DNA of 64,000 bases, taken from positions 211,792,001 to 211,856,000 of the forward strand of contig OZ024740.1 in NCBI GenBank assembly GCA_964016885.1, given 5' to 3'. The DNA is from Eledone cirrhosa. Taxonomy: Eukaryota. The translations under genes were made by a program, and so were the position numbers. Below, piece after piece: positions 12,470 to 25,514 of the stretch (position 1 is the stretch's first letter; each line of letters starts with the position of its first letter). The notes under the pieces were generated by a model. The model was not told the origin of the DNA. It saw nothing but the letters and a program-made list of their open reading frames with translations, and searched no databases.

Positions 12470-13085
12470 CCCCTTTGAAATAATCCCCTCAATTCTAATG
12501 CATTTTCTCATCCTTCTCTGCCATGCCTCCATGCACAGCCGGAAGAATTCTCCTGGAATTCTCTGCAGCTCCATCATCACATCTCCCTTGATGGCTCTGG
12601 TTCTTGGTCTCTGGGTTGTACTTGAGTCTGGTTCATTTTGAAGACACTCAACAATGTTATCACACATCTGCATGTGCCGCTCCTTTGGGTCATTGTTCAC
12701 CACCTTCAACACCATCTTCGTGCAGATCTTCCACATGCCAAAATCTTTGGTGATAATCTTTCCAATACTGTAGTGGTTCATGCCCAGCTCATTAATGATT
12801 AGTCAAACAGTCAGCCAATGATTGCTTCACACCTACCACGTGCTCAACATTGGCTTCAGTCCTGCTTATTGAAGGTTTTCTGCTCCAGGGGTCGTCTTTG
12901 AGCCTTTTGTGCCACTCAAAAACTCATGAGTGTGACATCTCATCTCTGTATAATTGCTGCAGTATTCTGAGTGCTTTTGATGGAGTTTTCTCCAGCTAAA
13001 TCAAAAACTTCAGGCTGGTTCATTGCTCTGTGCCCATCACCTGACAGTTTGTGGAGCTGTTAACAAACACTCTTAAAAAAAGATA
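12470..13085 (-). mobile_element. Mariner transposase remnant, internally deleted
   Basis: KICTKMVLKV...ERHMQMC is a degenerate WVPHEL region. It is fused to a C-terminal EAWQRRMRKCIRIEG segment. Confidence 0.7.
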
Positions 13086-13089
13086 TAAT

Positions 13090-13958
13090 GGATGCAGAGA
13101 GCTGAGATCATAATTAATATCACTCCCCATTGGCTGTAAAGAGCTGAGATTACAGTTAATATCCTGGTGGCTGTAGAGAGCTGAGATCACAGTTAGTATC
13201 ACTCCCCTATGGCACTCCCCTATGGCTATGGAGAGCTGAGATCAGTTAATACCACTCCTCAGTGGCTCTAGAGAGCTGAGATCAGTTAGTATCACTCTGC
13301 AATGGATGCAGAGAGCTGAGATCACAGTTAATATCACTCCCCAATGGCTGTAGAGAGCTGAGATCAGTTAATACCACTCCTCAGTGGCTGTAGAGAGCTG
13401 AGATCACAGTTAGTATCACTCCCTGATGGCTGTAGAGAGCTGAGGTTGCAGTTAATATCACTCTGCAGTGGCTTTAGAGAGCTGAGATCAGTTAATATCA
13501 CTCTGCAATGGCTGTAGAGAGCTGAAATCAGTTAATATCACTCTGCAATGGCTGTAGAGAGCTGGGGTTGCAGTTAATATCACTCCCTGATGGCTGTAGA
13601 GAGCTGAGGTTGCAGTTAATATCACTCTGCAGTGGCTGTAGAGAGCTGAGATCACAGTTAATATCACTCTGCAATGGCTGTAGAGAGCTGAGATCACAGT
13701 TAATATCACTCTGCAATGGCTGTAGAGAGCTGAGATCAGTTAATATCACTCTGCAATGGCTGTAGAGAGCTGAGATCAGTTAATATCACTCTGCAATGGC
13801 TGTAGAGAGCTGAGATCACAGTTAATATCACTCTGCAATGGCTGTAGAAAGCTGAGATCACAGTTAATATCACTCTGCAATGGCTGTAGAGAGCTGAGAT
13901 CAGTTAATATCACTCTCCAATGGTTATAGAGAGCTGAGATCAGTTAATATCACTCCCC
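13090..13958. repeat. 40/42-bp tandem array, about 21 copies
   Basis: Unit ctgtagagagctgagatcacagttaatatcactctgcaatgg, with a variant 2 bp shorter. Confidence 0.95.
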
Positions 13959-13959
13959 A

Positions 13960-16900
13960 GATATTACATCCTATCTAATCTCTCTTTACGGCCGATTTAT
14001 TGATTTGAGAAATGTAAGCAAAAACACTTCGTCTTTCCATTTTTCTTAGTCCATTTAACCAGTCTATTATTTATGCCCATTTAGAATCTAATCTCTCTTT
14101 TTTTTCTCTCGGATTTTCAATTAATATTTCACATGTTTTTAATATGCCTCATTCTGTTTGACCCTTCCTAAAAACTAATCTTCTCCTAAAGTTACCCATT
14201 TACCACCCTCCCACCCCCGCACACCACCATTTCTATTTGGCCCAATAATAACTCAGTGGTTTATAGTAAGTTCTCTTACAAATCTGTATAGCAAAGCTAC
14301 CACTTCGATTATTACTCCTTAAGTTTAGACCTGGTTGTTTTTCGGTTTGCTAGGTGGACTGCGGAATTTGGAAAGTCTGAACACTCAATGACAATGTCAC
14401 AGATAAAGATAAATTCACCTCCCGCTGCAGGACGAGAATGCAAGGATCCCTCTTTGTTTCAGACATGGATGACCAACATAATTCCGTCTCCCACACATCT
14501 CCCTGTCCCTCCAACCCATCCATTCCACCCACCTAACTTCAGAGTTGGTACCATGAATGTAGGCACATTGAAAGGTTGCTCAAATGAAGTTGTAGAGATG
14601 CTTGAATGTAAGGAAGTTGATGTTTGTTATGTTCAAAAGACTAGGTAGAGAAGTGGATCTGCTTAATTCATCGTGGGTAAAAAACGATGCTATAAACTTT
14701 TCTGGGTGGGAAATGATAATGGGCTGGATGGAGTAGGAATTATGTTAGCAGAAAAATGGGTAAATAAGGTAATTGACGTAAATAGAGTGAACAACAGAAT
14801 AATCAAAATAAGACTTGTCCTAAATAGAACTACTGTGACAATAATATCCGCTTATGCACCCCAATCTGGACTACCTGGCATTATAAAAGACAGATTCTAT
14901 GAGTCGCTAATGCCCACTACCTCCCAAATAACCAACAGTGACTACATAATTATTGCTGGCGACCTAAATGGTCATATTGGAGAACATTGTGATGGCTATG
15001 ATGGAATCCATGGAGGCTATGGGTTTGGTACTAGAAATGAGGAAGCCTTCAGAATCCCGAAATTCTGTGACGCTAATAACCTAACTATCTGTAACACAAA
15101 CTTCAAAAAATGAGACAATCACTTGATCACCTATAGATCAGGGGAACACGCCAGTCAGATAGATTATATCCTTACTAGAAGGTGTGATAGTGTCTGTTGT
15201 AAACACTAAGTCCCTCCCCTGTGAAGAATGCACCTTCCAACATAGCCTAGTAGTTAGTGACCTCATAGTCAGGAATAGACGTACTCGACGACAGAGGAGG
15301 ACTACCTTGAAAAGAAGAATATGGAAGTTGAAGGGCCCCACAGCCAGTGACAAATTTAAAAGCTTATTACTTGATGCTTTTGACAATAAGGAGGAGCAAT
15401 TAGAGATGTACAGTATAGAGGAACAGTGGGAATTCTTGAAAGTTAACCTGCTGATGGCGGCGGATGAAATCTGTGGCTGGTGCAGACCTATTGGCAGGAG
15501 GAGAGTAACTTGGTGGTGGAACAGTAGGGTGGAGGAGCCAATCAAGGCCAAATAGCAGGCTTGGAAAGTATGGCAGGATGGGGGAAGTAGAGAACACTAT
15601 CAAGTGGTCAGCAGAAGAGAAGCTAGGAGACAAGTGTGCTTTGCAAAAAGGGAAGCAGAGGATAGAAAGTTCAAGCATGTTCTACAACGTGAGGACCAAA
15701 AACATGAGGTGTTCAGGATTGCTAGACAATGTGTTGAGGAAAACCGTGATATTGTCGGGGAGAAGTGTGTCCGTAATGATAATGGTGTACTTGCCCTCAG
15801 TGATACTGATAAGAAGGTAGCTTGGGATTGTCACTACGAGAGACTATTAAATGAGGAGAATAAATGGGAAAAAGATAGTCTGCTCCAAATCGATCCAATA
15901 GAAGGACCAGTGGTGCAAGTTAAAGGTAGTATAATAAGTAAGGCAATCAAAGTTATGAAGACAGGCAAGGCAGCTGGACCTTTGGAGATAGTTACTGAGA
16001 TGTTGAAAGCATCTGGAATGGTGGGACACACTATGGTCACCCGGATAGTAAATCAAGTAATACAGAATGGGGTCATACCAAAAGACTGGCGTAGCAGCAG
16101 CATCATTAACTGCTACAAGGGTAAAGGGGATGCTCTAGATAGGGGAAACTATAGAGGCATTAAGCTAGTTGACCAGGTCATGAAAGTCACAGAAAGAGTT
16201 ATTACTTAACTGATTAGCGACTGAATTGATCTAGATGAAATGCAGTTTGGGTTTGTGCCAAGTAAAAGTACCACAGATGTTCTTCTTGTACGACAACTAG
16301 CTAAAAGTAAACCCATCTACTTAGCTTTTGTAGACCTGGAGAAAGCCTTTGACAGAGTCCCCTGCTCCATTATCTGGTGGGCTCAGCAATGTTACATGCA
16401 GTGAGACATGGGTATTGTGTGCAGAGGATCTGCGCAGACTGGAAAGGAACGAAGTGTGCATGCTCCATTGGATGTGCAATAGTAATATACGCGAACCGCA
16501 AAACATAAATGAACTAAGTGAGAAATTAGGAATAAGAGGGATCAAATGCTGTTTACTTAAGAGAAGACTATGTTAGTATGGTCACGTGATGCGCATGAAA
16601 GACGACAGCTGTATAAAAATGTGCAGGGCGATCAAAATTGATGGAAGTTACGGAGTAGGTAGACCCAGATAAACCTGGGACGATCTAATAAATTCCGACC
16701 TTACACACTTGCACCTGTCTAAGACAATGTCACTGGACCGAAATCTTTGGCGCCACGCAGTAATACAGAAGACACGCCTTGCTATGTACCAAGCAAAACC
16801 TAGTCAGTAGGCACCTCTTAACCAAATATACACCCCAACCCACTACCTCTACTCTATCCTCTTACTCCCACTAACATCACCCTCTCTCTGTAAAGTTGGT

Positions 16901-17201
16901 ACCACAACATCCAGTCCAAATTAATGAGATAATGAGTTTGAGATTGTGTAGGTGTCACGACAAAAAAACACAGTCCACGCTGTAATGTGGTCGTGTAGGT
17001 AACACGCTAAAAAGTTGCCAGTTCCACACTGTAAATGTGGTTGGTGTTAGGAAGGGCATCCAGCTGTAGAAAACCTGCCAGATAGTCCTATATGAGCGAG
17101 ACATGGTCATCCGACCAACCTTGACTCAAATTGGGACAACTCCCGTCTAACCCATGCTAGCGTGGAAGATAGACGTTAAACGATGATGATGATGATGATG
17201 A
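13960..17201 (+). mobile_element. Near full-length RTE LINE with the RT core deleted
   Basis: APE motifs FRVGTMNVGTL, SAYAPQ and GDLNGHIG. RT N-terminal motifs KGKGDALDRGNYRGIKL and DLEKAFDRVP. Followed by the C-terminus, 3' UTR and (GAT)n tail, with many stops. Confidence 0.92.
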
Positions 17202-17329
17202 TACAACTTGTTAATCTGTACCCCAGTCATAGATCACACAACACATAAATCCTATTCCTTTTCTGACATACCTTGGATATGATTTTAATTTTGATTTCAT
17301 TGTAAATTTGCCATTTCATTCTTTTCCAG

Positions 17330-17429
17330 AAATCAAATTCTGTCTGATGAAATAAAAGTTAATAAGCAGCGGATCCAGACCCTGTTAGAAAAAGGAAAAC
17401 GAGACGAAGAACTCATTGAAAGATTAATG
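17330..17429 (+). CDS. CCDC13: CCDC13-like internal exon (phase 2 to 0)
   Basis: Acceptor cttttccAG and donor GTaaaa. It encodes (R)NQILSDEIKVNKQRIQTLLEKGKRDEELIERLM, matching my recollection of the CCDC13 motif RNKxLSxE...TLVEKGRHDDELIDALM. Confidence 0.88.
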
Positions 17430-17475
17430 GTAAAAAGAATTCAGCTGTTTCTAACATAGAAGAATGGTTACATTC

Positions 17476-18112
17476 AGGGACAGATATAGACCTCGGTGGG
17501 CCCAAGGCAATTTGGATTTAGGGGGCCTCTCATGCCAAACAAATTAGAATACACACAAAACCCCCAATTTTCATGTTAAAGTCAGCTGGTGCAAGTAATT
17601 GGAATTTTAATGTTATACATACAAGTATTAAATTCCAAAAATCTAAACATCCTCATTTTATGTCCACTTTCCACACTGGCATGTGTTGGAAAGATTGTTG
17701 CAGTCTGAGACCAAACATATTGGGTGACCTCATCTTGCTCATACATTACATATTTAACATGGTTTCTATGGCTGGATGCCCTTTCTAACATAACCACTTT
17801 TGTGTGTTTATTGGGTGCATTATTTTGCAATACCAACACAATCACTTTATACAGCGACATCAAATACTTTATAATATAACATTGTTTGGATAACAACCTG
17901 ATGTCTCTAAAGTTGAGAATATTTGATGAATTTTGCCTCAGTAATGATATTAAATACTTTTTGTTACAAATATAGTTCTTGTTGTCAAGGGGATAAAAAC
18001 TAAAAAGCCCAGCAGAGGACAGAAATAAATTGCTAGAGTTGTCACTGGTGGGGCCCCCTGCTGTGGGGGCATGGGGCAATTACTCCATTTGTCCCCATTA
18101 AATCTGGCTCCC
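17476..18112. mobile_element. Putative hAT-type MITE with a nested RTE-tail fragment
   Basis: Degenerate termini cagggacagatata...gggccc and ggggccc...taaatctggctcc. Confidence 0.4.
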
Positions 18113-18120
18113 CCAGTTAC

Positions 18121-18123
<3 letters not shown>

Positions 18124-18185
<62 letters not shown>

Positions 18186-18312
18186 ATACACTTATTAATC
18201 ATCTTTTTATGCTTCATATATACATATGTACATGTAGAGAGAGAGAGAAGGAGAGAGTGAGTGAAAGAGAGAGTGAGAGAGAGAGAAGGAGAGAGTGAGT
18301 GAGAGAGAGAGA
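18124..18312. repeat. (AC)n and (GA)n microsatellites
   Basis: Dinucleotide runs. Confidence 0.9.
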
Positions 18313-18348
18313 GTCTGGGTCTTTGTCAGGGGAGGTGATTATATATAT

Positions 18349-21300
18349 CTTGGTTGTCCATCGTAAACGATGATGACATCTTCATTATTTTAGTTCCCGT
18401 CTGCTGTGGGCACGAAGGTGGCTGTGGAGGCTGATCCTTGACTTGCAGGTCCGGGGACAGTGGGGGCAGGGGAAGAGACCAGAATCGCTTGGGGCAGCTG
18501 TTGATACCTTTCTCCTTTCACGGGCCTCAGTGACCTCTGCCCGTCTCTTTTCTTCAAAAGAGTCTTTGGTGCGTCTGGTAAGGGCTCGCCACTCAGTCCT
18601 GTCCTGAGCATGGGACTCGAGTTGTTTTGGAGCGATTCCAGTGTTGTTGATATTGGACTTCACGCAGTCTTTGAACCTCTTGAGAGGCCGGCCCCGCTTT
18701 CGTTTCCCCGAACAGAGTTCCCCATACATCAGTTGCTTCGGAAGCCTGTGATCGTCCATCCGGACGACATGTCTGACTCATCGACGTCGACTCTTCAGTA
18801 TTATAGCTTCGACACTGGTTGTCTCAGCCATGTCAAGAACTTCGAGGTTGGAGACCTTGTCCTGCCATTTGATGTTCATGATTGACCGCAGGCTGTACAT
18901 GTGGAACCGTTCCAGCTGCTTCAGGTGCCTTCTGTACAGGGTCCATGTTTCACATCCGTAGAGGAGGCTGGTGAGAACAACGGCCCTGTACACCTTGAAC
19001 TTGGTGGACTCCCTGATGTTGTGCTGGTTCAAGACGCGTGTCCTCAGGCGGCCGAGGGCTTAACTGGCCTTGCAAATCCTGGCATTTATCTCCTTGTCGA
19101 GGCTTCCATCGCTGCTAATGACACTGCCGAGGTACTTGAAGTCGTCCACCGTCTTTAGCTGGGTGCCTCCGATGGAGATGGAAGGAGGGTGAGAGAAGGA
19201 GGCAGGTGCAGGCTGGAACAAGACCTCAGTCTTGCCAAGGCTAATTGTGAGACCGAAGAGGCAGGAGGCCTCCGTGAACTTGTTGACGATGTCTTGGAGG
19301 TCAGACTCCCTGTGGGCCATGAGGGCAGAGTCATCAGCAAAAAGTGCCTCCAGGACGATCCTCTGCATGGTCCTTGTCTTGGTTGTCAGGTGCCGCAGGT
19401 CAAACAGGGAGCCGTCCAGTCTGTATCGCAGATACGCTCCATGCTCGAGGTCCCTGACGGCATGATTGAGCATGCAGATGAAGAACAGGTTGAAGAGGAC
19501 AGGAGCCAGCACGCATCCTTGCTTGACGCCGTTGGTGATTCCGAGCGGCTCCGATGCCTCTCCGCCCGAGCACACCTGCCCGGTCATGTCATCATGGAAT
19601 TGCCGTATCAGGTTCATAAACTTTGTCGGGCGTTCAAACTTCAACAGGATCAACCAGAGGGCCTCCCTGTTGACAGTGTCGAAGGCCTTCGTCAAGTCTA
19701 TGAAGACAGCAAAGAGGTCCATGTTCTGCTCGACACACTTCTCCTGCACCTGGGGTACAGAGAAGATCATGTCGACCGTGCAATGGTTTGGGTGGAACCC
19801 ACACTGGGCCTCAGGCAGGTTGTCCTCCAAGATGTTGGCGATGAGGCGGTTGAGCATGACCCAAGCGAGGACCTTCCCAGCAATGGACAGGAGAGAAATG
19901 CCCTGATAGTTGCTACAGTCAGTTTTGCTGCCTTTGTTCTTAAAAAAGTGAGACAACTGTGGCATCCCTGAAGTCTTTGGGCACCTCTTCTTCCTCCCAT
20001 ATGCTGACGAGGAGGGTATAGAAGGCCCCCAGGGCAGCTGGACAGGCCAACTTGAAGATCTCGTCCTTCCCAGGGGCCTTTCCTGAGCTGACCTGCTTGA
20101 TTGCTTTCGTGACTTCATCCAATGTGGGGAGGGGGAGGTCGAGGCTGCCGACTACAGGCTTCTGTGGGACCTGGTCAAGGGCGGCAGGGTTGACAGTGGA
20201 GGGCCTGTTGAACAGGTTGCTGAAGTGCTTTCTCCACCTCGAGTTGATGCTGCTCTTCTCCTTCAGCAGGATCGAGCCGTCAGCAGACAGCAGTGGTGTG
20301 GTGACAGGCTTGGGGTGTCCGTAGACGTCCCCGATGGTGCTGAAGAACATCTTGGAGTTCTTTGTGTCAGCATATCTCTTGACTTCTTTGGCCTTCTTTT
20401 CCCACCACTTGTCCTGCATTCTGCATAGCGCTGCTTGGGTCTGCCTCTGGAGGTGCTTGAAGCGGTCGCGCTTCGAAGTGGAGGAGCTGTCATTCTGCCA
20501 CTCAATGAAAACCCTCCTCTTCTCGTCCAGGAGTTGTCTGATGCGCTCATCGTTTTCATCAAACCAGTCCTGGTGGACTCTCTCCCTCGGCCAGATGGTT
20601 GCCTTGACTGACTCTGTCACCAGCGACCTGAACTGGTCCCACTTTTGAGTTGGGGGTCCGGTCAGTGGTCCATGGGCAGTCAGCCGGCTGTCCAGGTCTT
20701 TTGTGAACGCATCACGATGCTCTGGCTGCTTGAGTCGTGCGACGTCGAAAGCTGGCCTACAGACTTTCAGAGTCTTGCGATGCATCGGGGTGGTGCGCAG
20801 TGACAGCATGGTCCTGACAAGGCGATGGTCAGTCCAACACTCTGCACCACGCATGGCCCTGATGATTCTGACATTACAGATGTCCCTCCTGCGGCATATG
20901 GCAAAGTCAATCAGAATCCACTGTTTGGATCTGGGGTGCATGTATGTCGTCTTGAACTTGTCTGCTTGGCGGAACAGTGTGCTGGTGAGAGTGGGGGCAT
21001 ACGCGCTGACGACTGTGACATGCCGAGATGGGTTGAGGGGGAAGCAGAGCTTCATCAGCTGCTCACTCACAGGTGTTGGGAGGTCTGGTAGCTGCTTGCA
21101 GAGCGAAGTCCTGATGGCCAGGCCTACCCCGTGGATTCTGTCCTCATCCTTTGCATTGCCCTTCCAGAAGAAGGTGTAGCCTCCTTTCAGTTCTGCTACT
21201 GATCCTTCTTCGGTGACTCTAGTCTCGCTGATGGCGGCTATGTCGATCCGGTAGCAAGCTAATTCCCTTGCTATGAGGGCAGTTCTTCTCTGGCCTCAAG

Positions 21301-22160
21301 GAGGTCTCCCTATCCATGAGGGTGCACACATTCCATGCACCAAGAATCAAGTTCTTCTTTCTATTATGTTGGTTTTGACCACTTGGAAGGGTAAAACCGC
21401 CAGCCGCGGTAGACTGGCCGGCTTTGTGTGGGACGAGCATTTGGTTAGGGCTCCTTTTATCGCCCCCCTCCCCTCGTGCGAGGGTGAGCAGTGCTCTTCT
21501 GAAAAGGGCTGCTCAGTCGCCTGGTGGAACGCCTGATCTCCTCTGTCATCCCAGGGTCAGGAGGAGAACGACTTGCGCATCCAGGCCACCAATGTGTGGG
21601 TTTGAGACTGGCAACTCCCAGAGGTTACCTCCACCTGTTACCTCCACCTCTCGCCCATCGCCGCAGGGCTTTGGGAGTGCACGCTATAGAAGAAACCTGT
21701 GCGGGAAAGGTTTATAGTGGGAGGGCCAGTGCACAATAACGGTCCCACTCACTTGGCCACAGAAGCCAGAATCCGGTGGTACGGAGGACCGTCACGACCA
21801 TGGATTTCCTTGGCTGCATGGCTGCAATGGATGGCCATGATATCTGTAGTACCTTGCCGTGCCCTAGTGCTCCACACCACTTGCTGTTTGGACCTTCGTG
21901 ACCATTGGGATGATGTTGTCCTCCTCCACTCACTCTGCAGGGTCCATTCTTCGCATGCAGGGGTAGGCATCCCCTATCTAACTCACCGGGGGGTTTCAGA
22001 CCCGTCCGGCTACCCTCAACCTTGTTCGGCCCGCCAGCCAAGGCGGTTTACCGGGGTGTGGCCGCTGTCGTGGGACCCAATGCAGGACGAGCTGTGCTGA
22101 AAAGGGCATGGCTATCCCCCCCCCCTACAGAGGTACATGCCCCTCTCTGACACCCCAGGC
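18349..22160 (-). mobile_element. RTE/BovB-like LINE, nearly full length, GC-rich, frameshifted
   Basis: APE motifs LILGAWNV, SAYAPTL and WTDHRLV. RT motifs FIDLTKAFDTVNR, GVKQGCVLAPVLF and LFADD. C-terminal C2H2 finger CPHC...HLRAH and a long 5' UTR. Confidence 0.93.
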
Positions 22161-24003
22161 ATATACACCCATATATACATACACATACATATGTACATGT
22201 GTATATACATGTTTACACATTTTTGGATGGCCGTTGACTCTTATCACTTCTTCCGCCCTTTGTCAAGTTTTGCTTTTTGTGCTGCAGGGTGTCCAAAATC
22301 ACCCTCCTCACCAAGTAAACTTGGTGGGGTTGCCAGTTTAGTCACCGACGACCCGACCATGCGACAGGCTGTACTGGTTTACATGCTAACAGTAGCACTC
22401 AAGAGTGACCTGACACCATTTATATATATATATAATCATTAAAACACCAAAGGGAACTGCTATAAAATGCAACCTCGTAGGAAGCTAGCATTTCATTTTT
22501 ATATTTCAAGTAGGACATCATCATCATTATCATCAACATCATCATCATTATCATCATCAAGATGATGATGATCATCATCAGCATTGCCATTTTACATCTG
22601 TTTTTCCATGCTTCCATGTGTTGGGTAGGTCTTTACCAGTACATCTCCCTCACTCAATGCAGTCCTTTATGAACTCAACTGTGGAGATTCAGTGACTTGT
22701 GATCAGCCTTCACAATCATTACCCAGGTCTTTCTTCACCTATTTCTACTGTTTCTTTTTCACCCATCGATCACAAACCACATTACAGCATGGACTGAGTG
22801 TATTTCATCATGCCACCAGCACTAGAGAGGTTGTCTGACTCAACTGAAGATTCCTCACTACCTTGTGTCAGTTTTAGTTTATAGTGATTGCTCTCTTAGA
22901 TAGGTTGCTTTTGGAGCCCATCTCAACAGCATGTAGTCTTATTTATTTGGAGGGACTGCTCTCCTAGATGGGCTGCTTTGTTCATGGCTTACAGAGCTCA
23001 CATCTATTGTAGGCATGTTGGGCAGTACTGAGATAGCTACATTGATTGCATGGCAGCTATATGACTCAAGAAAAGAAGGATCAAAGAATTCAATGAATTC
23101 AACCTAGAATTCAATGATGCAAATAACCTACTCATTTGAAACACTTCAGGAAAGTGGCTAACCACTTGATCACCTACCAATCAGGTGAGCCTGCAAGCCA
23201 GATATACTTCATGTTTGTTAGAAAATGGTTTAGACAGATGGTTAGTGTGAAAAGGGTTAAATTTTAATACCTTACATAGCCACAAGGCCACAAATGCTGG
23301 GGATGAAACAGTAGATTGTATGGACATTAGTATTCACTGATCTCAAATGATCGTTCTCTCCCCTGCTTATTAATTTTTCAACCCCTCTGCTTATCAGATT
23401 TTACTAATCTATCTCCAGCGAAATTTTATTTTTAGTGGTAACGTTCCTGCAACAATTGATTTTCTTTTGACATTAAAACTATATATGACAAAAAAAGTAC
23501 ATTACAAGAAATATCATACATTATAAAATAAATTGGATGGGTTGGGGTCCCAAAATGTAAACTAACCAACTAATTGTGTTTTTTTTTCTAAATATTAAGG
23601 GAGACGACCTAGAAAACTTTTCCAACCTCACTGCTTTTTCCATTCCCACTCCCATATTATTTGGGTCCTGAGAGTAGATATATGTGTGTTCAGAAAGACA
23701 AGGGGTTTGGGGCTTTATGGAAGTTATACCATTTATCTCAATTCATATATAGTTTTAATCTTTCTAATATTTTTAATTTCATGTTAAAGTGTATTTCACC
23801 CGCCAACTGCTTGGGACCCGAGGTTACTTAACTTCTAATTTATTTTATCAACAATGGAAGGAGGAAACTTTAATTGATACTAAAATATGTCAAGCACATT
23901 CAAAGAAAAAAAGGTCCTCACGCTGCATAACATGCTTAAATTTTTTGTTTTCTGCTTCCCTTCCAGTGAGGTATATTTGTTGCCTAGCTCCTCTCTTAGC
24001 CTT

Positions 24004-24480
24004 CTAGTAAACTTCTCTACTACCCCCCTTTTGCCTTTCCTTCCAAGCCTGTCTTTCAGCCTTAATTATCTCATCTACTTGACTATTCCACCACCAAGTC
24101 ACTCTCCATCTCCCTAGAGACCTGCTCCTACCACAGATTTCATTTGTTGCCTTCAGTAGGTTATCTTTCAGAAACTCCCACTGTTCCTCTATATGGTATG
24201 TCTCTATTTGCTCTTCCTTAGTGTCAAAGTTGTCAATTAACATACTTCTAAATTTGTTACTGGTTGATGGGTCTTTTAACTTCCATATTCTTTTCCTCCA
24301 GATTGTCTTCTGTTACCAGGTTTTTCTAGCCGTGACTATAAGGTTGCTAACTTGCTAACTATAAAGTTATGTTGGGAGGTACATTCTTCACCAGGGAGGT
24401 ACTTAGTGGTCACAACATTCACTCTGTCTTGTCGTCTGGTAGGAATGAAATCTATCTGGCTAGAGTGCTCACCTGATCGG
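24004..24480 (-). mobile_element. RTE LINE internal fragment
   Basis: QWEFLKDNLLKATNEICG...VTWWWN is homologous to the ORF at 15184-15555. Confidence 0.8.
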
Positions 24481-24694
24481 TGGGTTTTTTAAGTCAATGT
24501 TATAGAAAAAAATTTGATAGTTAGTAATTGTTTGTAAACAGCTCTGAATATATTACTACTTTACTACATTACTACTTCATGTTAATCTGACATTTCTGCT
24601 GTAATTTTAAGGTGGGGCTGAGTTTAAACTGATAATAGCTTGAAGTTTGTTGACATATTCATAGCATAAGTCATTGTTGTCACCAAGCACCTTC

Positions 24695-24797
24695 TTAATC
24701 TTCTTTTTCTTTTTCTTTTTCTTTTTCTTTTTTATCTTTTTCTTTTTCATTTTCATTTTCATTTTCATTTTCATTTTCTTTTTCTTTTTCTTTTTCA
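24695..24797. repeat. (TTTTTC)/(TTTTCA) hexamer low-complexity tract
   Basis: Visible hexamer periodicity. Confidence 0.85.
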
Positions 24798-25295
24798 ACA
24801 AGTAGGTTGGTGTGGAGTGGATTATTGGATTGCTGCTATGACATATGTCATGATTTCGTTATTAAGAGAGGGGGAGAAGAGAGGTGGGGAGGGAAGGGAA
24901 CAGCGAGAGAGAGGGGGACAGTGATGGATAGAAAGGGGGAGTTAGAGGGGCAGAGGAGGAGAGAGTAAAGGACAAGGGGAGAGGGGGGGATAGAGAAATG
25001 ATAAGAATTGACCCCAGTATTTAACTGGTACTTTATCAATCCTGAAAGGATAAAAAGCAAAGTTAGCCCCTATACGATTTGAAATCAAAGAGCAAAAAGT
25101 TAGAATGAATACCACAATATTCTAATGATTCCCAATTTGCCACCCTCTCTCCTTCCCCCTTTCTTTCTCTAGTAATCCTTGCTCTTCCCCTCCTTTTTCT
25201 CTCATTTACAATGTGCAACCAACAATGCTATAGTTTGTAAAATGTGATAAAGAATTAAAAAATAAATTGCTCAATTTTATTTTTTATTTTTCCAG

Positions 25296-25514
25296 AATCA
25301 GCATAGTCACATGAAAGAAATGATTGCAGATAACATTTGCATCCCAAAGTCAGAATCATTGCAACAGCGGAATAAAGACATTGGAGAGATAATTGCGAAA
25401 CAACAGAACAATGATAATTTGGTAAACCAGTTAAAGATGATTATAGAGGAAAAAGACAAAAAGTTGAAACACCTTGAAAACCAAATTACTGAGTCTTATT
25501 TTAACAGTTAAACT
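25296..25514 (+). CDS. CCDC13: CCDC13-like exon (phase 0 start) with an in-frame TAA at 25509-25511
   Basis: Acceptor tttttccAG is in frame with the previous exon. DNLVNQLKMIIEEKDKKLKHLENQI resembles the recalled CCDC13 segment NSLVAQLQAMVAEREAKVRQLEMEI. A GTaagg donor follows at 25515, so the 3' boundary is uncertain. Confidence 0.78.

Noticed and set aside
13090-13958. Possible CRISPR array or repeat protein
   Set aside because: It is a head-to-tail minisatellite with no spacers, and the 40/42-bp variation breaks the reading frames.
19189-19971. Long antisense ORFs over GC-rich LINEs (also 37989-38564, 56665-57212, 57765-58403, 60407-61018)
   Set aside because: These are shadow ORFs of the TE coding strand or of trinucleotide repeats.
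24607-24801. Poly-Lys ORF and the HT/CV/YI dipeptide ORFs (17950, 18071, 41885-42209)
   Set aside because: They are translations of microsatellites.
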